From contig JBILJV010000001.1 of the NCBI GenBank assembly GCA_044377005.1, positions 34,999 through 98,998 on the forward strand: a stretch of 64,000 nt of DNA. The letters are read 5' to 3'. Positions 1 through 9,703 of the stretch are shown here, piece after piece. Source of the DNA: Bacteroidia bacterium. Its GTDB lineage: Bacteria; Bacteroidota; Bacteroidia; NS11-12g; UBA955. A model generated the notes under the pieces. It was not told the origin of the DNA and ran no database searches. It worked only from the letters and a program-made list of their open reading frames with translations. A program made the position numbers and the translations under genes. Positions within the stretch are counted from its first letter, which is position 1; the number at the start of each line of letters is the position of its first letter.

Positions 1-20
1 AGACCGGTAAGGTATCGGAT

Positions 21-2228
21 TTGTATATAAATTGGCAAACAACACAAGTTAAACAAGAACTTTTTTCACAGGAAAAATGGAAAGAGGGCGATGGTTTTAA
101 TTCGATGCTTAAGCTTAATCTAAAGGGTGAAGTAATTAGTTATAAGTCCAATTTTAACATAACCTTTGATCAATTATTTAAAGATGGTCTTTCCAGAAAG
201 CAATTTTTGGAATGGTGTCATGCCATTGCTAGTCAAAGTTTTACAGATGACTTGGTGTTGCCCTATCGCAATGATAATTATGCATACATTGGTTTTTCAC
301 TAATATACAAATCTGTCGAAGATGAGATTTTATATGTGAGGGTTTTTAATAAGAAGTATGATTTAAATGATGTTGATTTGGTAACCAATCAAAATTTCAG
401 TAGAATTTTTGACAATATTCCGATGGATGTTATTATGTGGAATAATAATCAGGAATATATTTACATCAACAAAAATGCCATTAAAAGCGATGAAATTAGA
501 AACTGGTTGATAGGGAAAACAGATTTAGATTATTGCATATACCGAAATAAACCTTTGGATATTGCTTATAACAGAAGAAATGCATTCAATGAAGCTTTGT
601 TTACTAAGAAAAGGCAAATCGTTGAAGAAAAATTCGAAGTTGAAGGGAGTTATAAAATACATGTTAGAATTATCGATCCTATATTATCCAAAGAAAACGA
701 AATTCTAAATATCATAGGATACGGGATTGATATATCGGCATTGCGTAATTCTCAGGATTCTATAAGTCATTTAAATTATACTTTGAATGAGGCGAGAGAA
801 GGTGTTGCACTCTTAAATCCAAAAGGAGAATATTACTATTTGAACCATTCCCATATCTCAATGTTTGGTTTTGAAAGTCAAGATGAGTTATTAGGGAAAA
901 CTTGGCATATATTGTACGAGCAAGATGAAATAGACCGTTTAAATAATGAGATTTTTCCTGTTTTGGCCAAAGAGAAGATTTGGATTGGAGAAACAAGAGC
1001 CAAAAACAAACAAGGCGAATATGTTTATCAAGAAGTGACACTTACCATTGCACCCAATAATGACATGGTTTGTTTTTGTAGAGATATTAATCAAAGAAAA
1101 AGAGAGCAAATTGAGCTTGAAAAATTAGCAACAGTAGCTAAAAACACCTCAAACTTGGTATTAATCTGTGACAAAAATTACAAAATCGAATTTGTAAACA
1201 AATCATTTGAAGACATCACTGGTTTTAAGTTGTTAGAATGTAAAGGGAAGGATTTTTATTTCAACTTTAATTTCAATGAAGACAATGGCCAAATTATAGG
1301 AGATGTTGGAAGTATCGACCAAAACAGTGAATCAAGTTTGAACTTCCAAGTGCTACAAAGTACGAAATATTCTCAAACATTTTGGAGCGAAATTAGTGTA
1401 AATCCTATTGTTGGGTATGATGGAGAAATGTCACATTTAATCTTTGTGGAACGTGATATTACACCTCAAAAACAAGTAGAAAACTCAATTAAAGAATCAT
1501 TGGCAAAGGAAAAAGAGTTGAGTGAAATGAAGTCGCAATTCGTGAATTTGGCATCACATGAAATAAGAACACCTTTGGCTAGTATTTCATCAAGTGCTGA
1601 AATGATAAAATTGTATTTTGAAAATAAAAATGTAGATTCAGTAAAAGTGCACAATCACTTGAATAAAATCTCGATTCAAATTACTCGTTTGTCTGAGTTG
1701 CTGTCTAATCTTCTGTTTGTTGGTAAAATGGATGCTGCAAGTTTGGATTTGAATTTAAAATTAATAGATATTAAATCGTTTATTACAGAATTAGTCGACG
1801 ATTATAATGTGAGTATTGATGAAAAAAAACAAAGGTATTTGGAATTTAAAATGGTTTCAACTCTAGCAGAGCCTGTGTTTTTAAATATTGATAAGGTGCT
1901 AATCACTCATGCTATTATAAATATCATTAATAATGCATTTAAGTATTCCGAAGGAAAGCAAAATCCACTCTTGGTTTTAAAAATAAGTTCCTCAGAAGTA
2001 GAGGTTTGTGTTACTGATTATGGAATAGGAATCCCAATTAAAGAGCAGAAAAATTTATTCAAATCATTTTGGAGGGCGAGTAATACTATTAATATTCCTG
2101 GAATAGGACTGGGATTGGTGTTTGTTAAAAAAATAATTGAAGTATCTGGAGGTTATGTGTCTATTGACAGTGAAGTAAATAAATATACTTCCATCAAAGT
2201 TTGTTTGCCTGTTAAAAACATACAATAG
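21..2228 (+). CDS. Cytoplasmic multi-PAS sensor histidine kinase (TTG start)
   Basis: HisKA H-box SHEIRTPLASI; C-terminal HATPase_c with N, G1 (DYGIGI) and G2 (GIGLGL) motifs; several PAS-like blocks; no TM segment; in-frame stop at 9-11 places the start inside the window. Confidence 0.8.
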   Translation: MYINWQTTQVKQELFSQEKWKEGDGFNSMLKLNLKGEVISYKSNFNITFDQLFKDGLSRKQFLEWCHAIASQSFTDDLVLPYRNDNYAYIGFSLIYKSVEDEILYVRVFNKKYDLNDVDLVTNQNFSRIFDNIPMDVIMWNNNQEYIYINKNAIKSDEIRNWLIGKTDLDYCIYRNKPLDIAYNRRNAFNEALFTKKRQIVEEKFEVEGSYKIHVRIIDPILSKENEILNIIGYGIDISALRNSQDSISHLNYTLNEAREGVALLNPKGEYYYLNHSHISMFGFESQDELLGKTWHILYEQDEIDRLNNEIFPVLAKEKIWIGETRAKNKQGEYVYQEVTLTIAPNNDMVCFCRDINQRKREQIELEKLATVAKNTSNLVLICDKNYKIEFVNKSFEDITGFKLLECKGKDFYFNFNFNEDNGQIIGDVGSIDQNSESSLNFQVLQSTKYSQTFWSEISVNPIVGYDGEMSHLIFVERDITPQKQVENSIKESLAKEKELSEMKSQFVNLASHEIRTPLASISSSAEMIKLYFENKNVDSVKVHNHLNKISIQITRLSELLSNLLFVGKMDAASLDLNLKLIDIKSFITELVDDYNVSIDEKKQRYLEFKMVSTLAEPVFLNIDKVLITHAIINIINNAFKYSEGKQNPLLVLKISSSEVEVCVTDYGIGIPIKEQKNLFKSFWRASNTINIPGIGLGLVFVKKIIEVSGGYVSIDSEVNKYTSIKVCLPVKNIQ

Positions 2229-2315
2229 TCATACTCAATAATATTATTTTAATAATTGATGTTAAAAAATTTGCATTAAATTAATTTAATGATTTTCTTT
2301 GTAAAAAAAAATAAT

Positions 2316-2981
2316 ATGCAAACCAAATCTGTTTTACTTGTAGAAGACGAAAAAATCCTGAGAGAAAATATCGCTGAATTTTTAGAAGTCAAAGGATATG
2401 AAGTCGTTCAATGTCAAAATGGTAACGAAGCTTTGGGGCAATTATTAGAACATGATTTTGATATTATTGTTTCTGATATTGTTATGTCTGATTTAACTGG
2501 CACTCAGTTGTTAGAAAAAATCAGAACAATGAAGGTGAATAAAGAAGCGCCATTTATCTTTATTTCAGCTAAAACAGATCCTAAAGACATTAGAGAATCT
2601 ATGAATATTGGAGCAGATGATTATTTGCCTAAGCCTTTTTTATTCCACGACTTAGAACGTTCAATCCAAAAACGTTTAGAGCGTTTTGCAGAGGTAAAAT
2701 CATCCTCTCAAAGTGAAGATGGAATGTATAATAAAGTAAATGAACTTTCACCTGCAGAAGTCAATGCTCTTTCATTGTTAAATACGTTAACTAAGACTCA
2801 AAAAATAGTATTTGAAAAAATATCTAAAGGGATTTCTTCAAATGAAATTGCAGAACAATTGGATATTTCAGTTAGAACCGTTTTGAATCACAGGCACAAT
2901 ATTGCAAAGAAATTACAATTACAAGGTACATACTCAACCATGCGTTTAGGTCTTAAATTGAAGTCTAATACAATCTCTTAG
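2316..2981 (+). CDS. Response regulator, REC domain plus LuxR/GerE-type HTH
   Basis: N-terminal receiver (LLVEDE...IVSDIVMSDLTG...FISAKTD); C-terminal HTH resembling the LuxR family (LTKTQKIVFEKISKGISSNEIAEQLDISVRTVLNHRHNIAKKL); adjacent to the kinase; start taken at the internal ATG (MQTKS) rather than the track start 2289. Confidence 0.8.
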   Translation: MQTKSVLLVEDEKILRENIAEFLEVKGYEVVQCQNGNEALGQLLEHDFDIIVSDIVMSDLTGTQLLEKIRTMKVNKEAPFIFISAKTDPKDIRESMNIGADDYLPKPFLFHDLERSIQKRLERFAEVKSSSQSEDGMYNKVNELSPAEVNALSLLNTLTKTQKIVFEKISKGISSNEIAEQLDISVRTVLNHRHNIAKKLQLQGTYSTMRLGLKLKSNTIS

Positions 2982-2983
2982 TA

Positions 2984-3595
2984 TTAAAACAAAAGTGTAA
3001 CATAACAAGTTGCAAAACCAGTTCCATAGCCAACGTATAGTTGAGAAGGAGTGTGTGCATTAAGCTTTAAGCGGGCCCATCCAGTTGCACCACTTACTAA
3101 TAATAAACTAACTAGAAACATCGTAAAAACATTGAGGTGGCTGTTCATTGTTAAATAAAAATACAAAGCAATCAATCCACCACAACCAATGGCATGGGAA
3201 CTTATGGTCCATTTATAATTAATAAGGATATTGATTGCAATACACAGAATAGTGCCAATTAAAAAGCGAACAGGAAGACCTGAAAAGTCATTTTGATATA
3301 ATTGGTAGGCTGTATAAGTTAAAAGCAGCATTATCACTGAATAAGGAACCATTCGCTGTTTGGCATTAGACAAAATGTAGTTGGAAATAAGGTTAAATCG
3401 TTTTAATAAATACATACTTAACAATGGCATTAGCAATGTGTTAATAGCAATGTAAATGGAAAGTGTATAAAATTGTTCTTCGTAAAATTTACTGAAGTAA
3501 TAAGGGTGAAATTTCAGAATACTGAATAACCCCAAATTTAGTAAAATTAAAGGATGGGTAACAACTGAAACAAACTTAGCTGTATTTCTTAACAT
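2984..3595 (-). CDS. Polytopic membrane protein, possibly PAP2-like phosphatase fold
   Basis: About 6 predicted TM helices; weak PAP2-like motifs (SSHAIGCGG; ARLKLNAHTPSQ...GYGTG); family uncertain. Confidence 0.4.
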   Translation of the reverse strand: MLRNTAKFVSVVTHPLILLNLGLFSILKFHPYYFSKFYEEQFYTLSIYIAINTLLMPLLSMYLLKRFNLISNYILSNAKQRMVPYSVIMLLLTYTAYQLYQNDFSGLPVRFLIGTILCIAINILINYKWTISSHAIGCGGLIALYFYLTMNSHLNVFTMFLVSLLLVSGATGWARLKLNAHTPSQLYVGYGTGFATCYVTLLF

Positions 3596-3601
3596 GGATG
3601 T

Positions 3602-4618
3602 TTATTTTAGTTGTAATTCAGGGACTTGTCGTGGGGAATATTTCGCTGCAACTGTTGCAATTTCTTTGATATGCTCAGGGGTTGTACCGCAGCAACCACC
3701 TATCACATTAACCCACCCTTCTTTCATAAATTGCTCAACCACCTTGGCCATCGCTTGGGGAGATTCATCATACTCGCCAAATTCATTCGGTAATCCTGCA
3801 TTAGGATAAGCAGTTGTATATATCCAAGAAACTTTACTTATCTCACTAATGTGTGGCATCATGTCTTTGGCTCCCAAAGCACAATTTAAGCCGATACTTA
3901 ATAAATTAGCATGAGAAAGTGAATTCCAAAAAGCCTCAGGCGTTTGTCCACTCAGTGTTCTGCCACTGGCATCTGTTATGGTCCCAGAAACCATAACAGG
4001 AATATCCAATTGTCGTTCTTCTTTTATGGTATTTATGGCAAATAAAGCAGCCTTAGCATTCAATGTATCAAAGATTGTTTCAACTAATAATAAGTCAACC
4101 CCACCATCTATTAAAGCGATAATTTGTTCACTGTAAGCTTCACACAAATCGGAGAAAGTAACAGCCCTATAACCAGGTTGGTTTACATCAGGGCTAAGTG
4201 AAGCAGTTCTGTTGGTTGGTCCAATGGCTCCTGCCACGAATCTTGGTTTTTCAGGGTTACTTAATGTGTATTCATTGGCGATTTTTTTAGCAATTTTAGC
4301 CGCTTCTAAATTGATTTCCCGCACCAATTCAGTCATGTTGTAATCTGCCATTGAGATAGATTGCGCATTGAATGTATTGGTTTCAATGATATCTGCACCA
4401 GCCTCTAAAAATTGACCATGAATTTCGGAGATAATATGTGCTTGGGTTAAAACAAGCAAATCATTGTTACCTTTTACCAATTGTTCAATGTTTTTGAAAC
4501 GTTCACCACGGTACTGTTCTTCGCTCAAATTATATTTTTGAATCATAGTACCCATAGCACCATCAATAATCATGATGCGTTTACTTAAAATATCTTTAAT
4601 CGTTGTTTCTGTGCTCAT
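3602..4618 (-). CDS. Homocysteine S-methyltransferase domain protein (stand-alone MetH N-terminal Hcy-binding module)
   Basis: MIIDGAMGTMIQ start; Zn-binding Cys pattern including the C-terminal GGCCGTTPEHI motif typical of the Hcy-binding TIM barrel; 338 aa, with no pterin or B12 domains. Confidence 0.75.
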   Translation of the reverse strand: MSTETTIKDILSKRIMIIDGAMGTMIQKYNLSEEQYRGERFKNIEQLVKGNNDLLVLTQAHIISEIHGQFLEAGADIIETNTFNAQSISMADYNMTELVREINLEAAKIAKKIANEYTLSNPEKPRFVAGAIGPTNRTASLSPDVNQPGYRAVTFSDLCEAYSEQIIALIDGGVDLLLVETIFDTLNAKAALFAINTIKEERQLDIPVMVSGTITDASGRTLSGQTPEAFWNSLSHANLLSIGLNCALGAKDMMPHISEISKVSWIYTTAYPNAGLPNEFGEYDESPQAMAKVVEQFMKEGWVNVIGGCCGTTPEHIKEIATVAAKYSPRQVPELQLK

Positions 4619-4629
4619 TGTATTTATTT

Positions 4630-4668
4630 GTTTGTAAAAACCCCTCTTTCTGTGAATTAAATTAACAA
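4630..4668 (-). terminator. Rho-independent terminator downstream of lpd
   Basis: CCCCTCTTT...AAAGAGGGG stem (9 bp) followed by a T-run on the minus strand. Confidence 0.55.
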
Positions 4669-4718
4669 AAAGAGGGGTTTTCGAAAAAGTATTTAACTCA
4701 ATTGAATGAGTTAATGTT

Positions 4719-6104
4719 TTATAAGTGAATACATTCGTTGTAAGCTTGCGCTACAGCTTCCATGATAGCTTCACTCATCGTTGGATGAGGATGGATAGAT
4801 TTAATGATTTCATGTCCTGTAGTTTCTAAGTTACGAGCTACTACTGCTTCTGCAATCATGTCAGTAACACCTTCGCCTACCATGTGACAACCCAACCATT
4901 CGCCATATTTAGCATCAAAAATAACTTTAACAAATCCGTCTTTGTGTCCACTAGCACTTGCTTTACCACTAGCAGAGAATGGGAATTTACCCACTTTAAT
5001 GTCATAACCTTTTTCTTTGGCTTGTGCTTCGGTATATCCTACTGATGCTACTTCAGGATGGGTGTAAGTGCAACCTGGAATATTATTATAATTGATAGCA
5101 TGTGGGTGTAAACCAGCAATGGCTTCAACACAAGTAATGCCTTCAGCACTTGCTACGTGAGCTAATGCAGGGCCATGAACAATGTCGCCAATAGCATAAA
5201 CACCTGCAATATTTGTTTTATAGAAATCATCAACTAAAACTTTGCCTTTGTCTGTTTTTACTCCAGCTGCTTCTAATCCTAAGTTTTCTAAGTTTGTAAC
5301 AATACCAGCTGCACTTAATACAATATCACACTCAATAGTTTTCATGCCTTCAGGGGTTTTAATACTTACTTTGCAACCTTTTCCAGCCGTATCAACAGAT
5401 TCAACTGAACTGTTTACTAAAATGTCAACACCATTCTTTTTGTATGTTTTTTCCATCGCTTTACTTACCTCTTCGTCTTCAACAGGTAATATGCGTGGCA
5501 TAAATTCAACCACAGTTACATTGGTTCCCATAGTATTGTAGAAGTAAGCAAACTCCATTCCGATAGCACCTGAACCTATAACGACCATTGTTTTTGGTTG
5601 CACTGGTAGAACCATTGCTTCTCTGTATCCAATCACTTTTTTACCATCTTGTTTAATGTTTGGTAATTCTCTACTTCTAGCACCAGTTGCTAAAATAATA
5701 TGGTCTGCTTCGTGTATTTCTTTTTTACCATCTAAATCAACTTCCACTTTTTTAGCACCTGCTAATTTGCCATAACCTTTAATGACAGTGATTTTGTTTT
5801 TCTTCATTAAAAACTCAATCCCTTTGCTCATGTTGTTAGCAACACCACGGCTTCTTTTTACCACTGCTTCAAAATCATGGTTGAATTCTTTTACAGTAAT
5901 ACCGTAATCTGCACTGTGTTTTAAATATTCATATACTTGAGCTGATTTTAATAATGCTTTAGTAGGAATACAACCCCAATTCAAGCAAACGCCTCCTAAT
6001 TCAGCTTTTTCAACTACAGCAACTGTTTTGCCTAATTGTGATGCGCGAATGGCAGCAACATAACCACCTGGTCCGCTACCTATAACAATGATGTCAAATT
6101 TCAT
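4719..6104 (-). CDS. lpdA: Dihydrolipoyl dehydrogenase (E3)
   Basis: FAD-binding GSGPGGYVAA; redox disulfide GGVCLNWGCIPTK; NAD-binding GSGAIGMEFA; C-terminal HPT interface motif. Confidence 0.92.
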   Translation of the reverse strand: MKFDIIVIGSGPGGYVAAIRASQLGKTVAVVEKAELGGVCLNWGCIPTKALLKSAQVYEYLKHSADYGITVKEFNHDFEAVVKRSRGVANNMSKGIEFLMKKNKITVIKGYGKLAGAKKVEVDLDGKKEIHEADHIILATGARSRELPNIKQDGKKVIGYREAMVLPVQPKTMVVIGSGAIGMEFAYFYNTMGTNVTVVEFMPRILPVEDEEVSKAMEKTYKKNGVDILVNSSVESVDTAGKGCKVSIKTPEGMKTIECDIVLSAAGIVTNLENLGLEAAGVKTDKGKVLVDDFYKTNIAGVYAIGDIVHGPALAHVASAEGITCVEAIAGLHPHAINYNNIPGCTYTHPEVASVGYTEAQAKEKGYDIKVGKFPFSASGKASASGHKDGFVKVIFDAKYGEWLGCHMVGEGVTDMIAEAVVARNLETTGHEIIKSIHPHPTMSEAIMEAVAQAYNECIHL

Positions 6105-6257
6105 GATGTTAAAAATTTATTTGGTGCGAAAATACATCAAACCCTTGGTTTTTTAAAATCCAATTTTTAATAGATTAATTATTCTCTTTTTTGTTATTTA
6201 AAATCATTGCTAATAAAAGTCATTTTCTTAATTCAAATCAATTCTTAAATTCGTGCC

Positions 6258-7100
6258 ATGCATTTATATACCATTGATACTGGATTTTTTAAATTAGATG
6301 GAGGTGCCATGTTTGGCGTGGTTCCTAAAACTATTTGGAATAAACTGAATCCTGCTGATGAGAAAAATTTATGTAATTGGGCCATGCGTTGCTTGTTGAT
6401 TGAAGATGGAAACCAATTGATATTAATTGATAATGGAATTGGCAATAAACAATCTGAAAAGTTTTTTGGCTATTACGATTTAAACGGAACAGCCTCTCTA
6501 TATTCTTCTTTGAGTCAACTAGGATTTCACAGCGATGATATTACTGATGTGGTGCTTTCTCATCTGCATTTCGACCATTGTGGTGGAAGTATTGAATGGA
6601 ATAACGATAGAACCAAATATCTAACGGCTTTTAAAAATGCCACCTATTGGAGTAATGAAGAACATTGGCAACACGCCTTAGACAGCAACCCAAGAGAAAA
6701 ACCAAGTTTTTTAACAGAAAATATTCTCCCAATTCAAGAAAGTGGACAGTTAAAGTTTGTGGAAATAGGTAACGAAGTGGCCGAATTTATGAAATTGCCA
6801 AAAGTATATGGGCATACTGAAGCCATGATGTTGCCTCATATTCAATACAATGGGAACACTGTTGTATTTTGTGCTGATTTAATTCCATCAATTGGACATT
6901 TGCCTGTCAATTACGTAATGGCTTATGACATTAAACCTTTAGAAAGTATGCGCGACAGACAATTGTTTTTGGAACAAGCGGTCAAAAATGACCACATCTT
7001 GTTTTTTGAACACGACCCTATTAACGAGTGTTGCACCGTAACTAAAAATGAGAGAGGACAATTTGTGCCTGATAGGATTTTTAAATTAGCCGATTTGTAA
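6258..7100 (+). CDS. MBL-fold metallo-hydrolase
   Basis: HLHFDHCGG metal-binding motif (HxHxDH); 280 aa. Confidence 0.75.
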   Translation: MHLYTIDTGFFKLDGGAMFGVVPKTIWNKLNPADEKNLCNWAMRCLLIEDGNQLILIDNGIGNKQSEKFFGYYDLNGTASLYSSLSQLGFHSDDITDVVLSHLHFDHCGGSIEWNNDRTKYLTAFKNATYWSNEEHWQHALDSNPREKPSFLTENILPIQESGQLKFVEIGNEVAEFMKLPKVYGHTEAMMLPHIQYNGNTVVFCADLIPSIGHLPVNYVMAYDIKPLESMRDRQLFLEQAVKNDHILFFEHDPINECCTVTKNERGQFVPDRIFKLADL

Positions 7101-7120
7101 GATTGCTAAAATCAATTAGG

Positions 7121-7756
7121 TTACATTTTAACTTTATTCTTTATCCATTTTTCTTTATCTAAATCGTAATTATGGTCAAACTTTAGAGATATAATGTCGA
7201 TAGTTTCAGTCTTATTGGTCCCTAATTTGGTGTTAATGATTTTTACCAAATCTTTCTTTGTGTTAAACACGTATGTTCTGGTAAAGGCTGAATCTTTTAC
7301 TGTTAATTGATTAATTTGAAGTAAGATATTTTTCTCTTTTTGACGTTTAATAATGGTTTTGTCTTCAATTAAAAAATGCAATAATTTATAATCAATGAAA
7401 TCCATATTTATTAAGTCTTGATCATTTAATTTATCAATTGGGTAATACTTCGGGTAAGCTGTTAGAGTGGTTTGTTTGCCTTTCGCTGTAATAATGTAAT
7501 TTTCACATACAATTGAATCATCAAAAGTTTGTTTAATATAATAGTTTAAATTTTGATTTTCTTTCAATCCAATACATTCTGCATCATAACTAAATTTTAT
7601 GCCATTATTATCTTCAGTATAGCGGTATTTAGCTTCTAAAGTTTTGGCTTGAGCCACCTTCTCTATGAAACTTGCAAAATCGTCTTTTGTGGTTTTTAAT
7701 TCGTTTTTACATGCAAACAAAAGTATAATTGGAATTAAAGTAATGAATCTATTCAT
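7121..7756 (-). CDS. Hypothetical lipoprotein
   Basis: Signal peptide with lipobox LLFAC; no recognisable domain. Confidence 0.5.
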   Translation of the reverse strand: MNRFITLIPIILLFACKNELKTTKDDFASFIEKVAQAKTLEAKYRYTEDNNGIKFSYDAECIGLKENQNLNYYIKQTFDDSIVCENYIITAKGKQTTLTAYPKYYPIDKLNDQDLINMDFIDYKLLHFLIEDKTIIKRQKEKNILLQINQLTVKDSAFTRTYVFNTKKDLVKIINTKLGTNKTETIDIISLKFDHNYDLDKEKWIKNKVKM

Positions 7757-7800
7757 TTTTATTGTTTAAAAACTAACAAAAAAAATAAATTTACCAAAAC

Positions 7801-8403
7801 TTAATGAATTCTATCACCTCTCAACTCCATTGATTTCATAATATCAGCTTCTGCAATCAAATACTCGTTCCAGCGGTTCATTACATAGTCAGATGGCAAA
7901 ATGTTTTTAGCTAAATTTAAAAAAGTGTGGTAATGCCCGGCTTCACTTTCCATAAATTCTCTGTAAAACACTTTGAGTTCTTCATCCTGAATATGCAAAC
8001 TTAGCAATCTAAAACGTTCGCAACTTCTGGCTTCTATCATCGCACTAATTAAAAGTTTTTCTACCGCTACTTGATCTGGTTTTAAACCGCGTTTTTCAAT
8101 GGCAAATAATTTGTTGACATAATCGTCTTTGCGAGGCATTTCAAAGGGTAGATTCCTTTTTTTGAGCTCTTTTAAGACTCGTCTAAAATGTCCCCATTCT
8201 TCAGCAACTATGGGTGTAACTTCCTCAACGATTTGAGGATAATGGGCGTATTTTACAATCAAAGAAATACCAGTAGTTGCCGCTTTTTGTTCACACCAAG
8301 CGTGGTCACTGAGTATAAATCCAATATTCATTTCGGCGATATTGACCCATCGTGGGTCAGTTGCCATAATAAGTCCTAACTTAGTTTTTTGATGTTCTTG
8401 CAT
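7801..8403 (-). CDS. miaE: tRNA-(ms2io6A)-hydroxylase, MiaE-like ferritin-fold diiron protein
   Basis: About 200 aa; ExxH diiron motifs (EQKAATTG...EEWGHF; MIEARSCERF; ESEAGHYHTF); overall similarity to the MiaE family. Confidence 0.7.
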   Translation of the reverse strand: MQEHQKTKLGLIMATDPRWVNIAEMNIGFILSDHAWCEQKAATTGISLIVKYAHYPQIVEEVTPIVAEEWGHFRRVLKELKKRNLPFEMPRKDDYVNKLFAIEKRGLKPDQVAVEKLLISAMIEARSCERFRLLSLHIQDEELKVFYREFMESEAGHYHTFLNLAKNILPSDYVMNRWNEYLIAEADIMKSMELRGDRIH

Positions 8404-8478
8404 TTTTTTAAATGGTGTGGTATTGGTAATTCAAGTCTTTAAAAATAAAACAAAATAATAACTGTTTATCGAACTTTT

Positions 8479-9699
8479 TTAATCAATTTCATGATAATTG
8501 AGGTCTTTACTAAATGTTTCTTTCATTAGATACAATGAAAGAAGTGCTATAAGCATACAAACACTACCTACTATGATTGCTGCGTTTTGAGCGCCCATAC
8601 TTTCGCTTAAAATTTTGAATGAAACAGTAATGGGAACAACGCTAAACCTTACGAAATTAGGGACAGTGTTGGTAACGGTGCTTCTTATATTAGTGCCAAA
8701 ATTCTCGGAGGCCACTTGAACAAACAATGCCCAATAACCTGTGCCAATACCTAGTAATAAACAACTTAATTTGAACTGATTAAAACTTTGAACAGGTGAA
8801 TTTAAATAATAAAGTATAAGCACAATTGATAAAAACAGATAAATGTAAATAACCTTTTTTCTACTTTTTAATAATTGACTTAACAGGCCACTTAGAACAT
8901 CTCCTACGCTTAATCCTATGTATGTGAACATGACAGCTGCTCCCAGCATTTCTTTTGTATTAATGCCGGCTATGCTTATAAATCTAGGCGATAAATTAAT
9001 TAAGACACCAATCATAAACCAAATTGGAACACCAATGGCGATTGATTTAAGATATAAAAATGCACGTTCTTTGGTTTTAAATAGCATAAAGAAATTGCCT
9101 CTCGAAATGGATTTGTCGGTCTTCAATTGGCTATACATGCCTGATTCAAAGGCGCCAGCTCTTAAAAGTAACAATGCCAAACCTAGTCCTCCACCCAAAA
9201 AATAAGCAGTTTGCCATTCTACTATTTTGCCAACAAAGGCCGCAAAAACAGCTCCAAGTGCCCCAAACGAAACAATAATCATTGTGCCAATTCCTCTTTT
9301 TTCTTTGGTCATAGTTTCACTAACCAATGTAATGCCGGCCCCTAATTCACCAGCCAAACCTATCCCTGCAATAAATCTGCAAAGAGTATATTGTTCAATA
9401 TTAGTCACTAATCCATTCGCTATATTAGCCAAAGAGTACATTAAAATGGATCCAAATAAAACAGAAATTCTACCTTTTTTATCTCCCAAGACTCCCCACA
9501 ATAAACCGCCCAATAGCATTCCAAACATTTGCCAATTGAATAAGGAAATCTCATATGCTTTGTATGAATCGCCACTGATGCCTATAGCTGCCAAACTGGT
9601 TTCTTTTACTACATTGAATAAAATAAGGTCATAGATGTCTACAAAGTAACCAAGTGCAGCAATAATGACAATTAAATAGGTTTTATTATTGCTTTTCAT
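8479..9699 (-). CDS. MFS transporter
   Basis: About 12 TM helices; MFS signature GxLxDKKGR between TM2 and TM3. Confidence 0.75.
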   Translation of the reverse strand: MKSNNKTYLIVIIAALGYFVDIYDLILFNVVKETSLAAIGISGDSYKAYEISLFNWQMFGMLLGGLLWGVLGDKKGRISVLFGSILMYSLANIANGLVTNIEQYTLCRFIAGIGLAGELGAGITLVSETMTKEKRGIGTMIIVSFGALGAVFAAFVGKIVEWQTAYFLGGGLGLALLLLRAGAFESGMYSQLKTDKSISRGNFFMLFKTKERAFLYLKSIAIGVPIWFMIGVLINLSPRFISIAGINTKEMLGAAVMFTYIGLSVGDVLSGLLSQLLKSRKKVIYIYLFLSIVLILYYLNSPVQSFNQFKLSCLLLGIGTGYWALFVQVASENFGTNIRSTVTNTVPNFVRFSVVPITVSFKILSESMGAQNAAIIVGSVCMLIALLSLYLMKETFSKDLNYHEID

Positions 9700-9703
9700 C
9701 TTT

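Noticed and set aside
760-1041. Short antisense ORFs nested inside long genes (e.g. 760..1041, 1466..1654, 5242..5541, 8918..9634, 12543..13046, 18327..19515, 24492..25688, 35185..35998, 49875..50507, 52587..52857, 61780..62131)
   Set aside because: They are embedded in confidently called genes on the opposite strand, have low-complexity or hydrophobic composition typical of AT-rich antisense frames, and have no motifs.
4619-4718. Possible SAM/B12 riboswitch upstream of the homocysteine methyltransferase gene
   Set aside because: Only ~100 nt, largely occupied by the lpd terminator hairpin; no riboswitch consensus elements seen.
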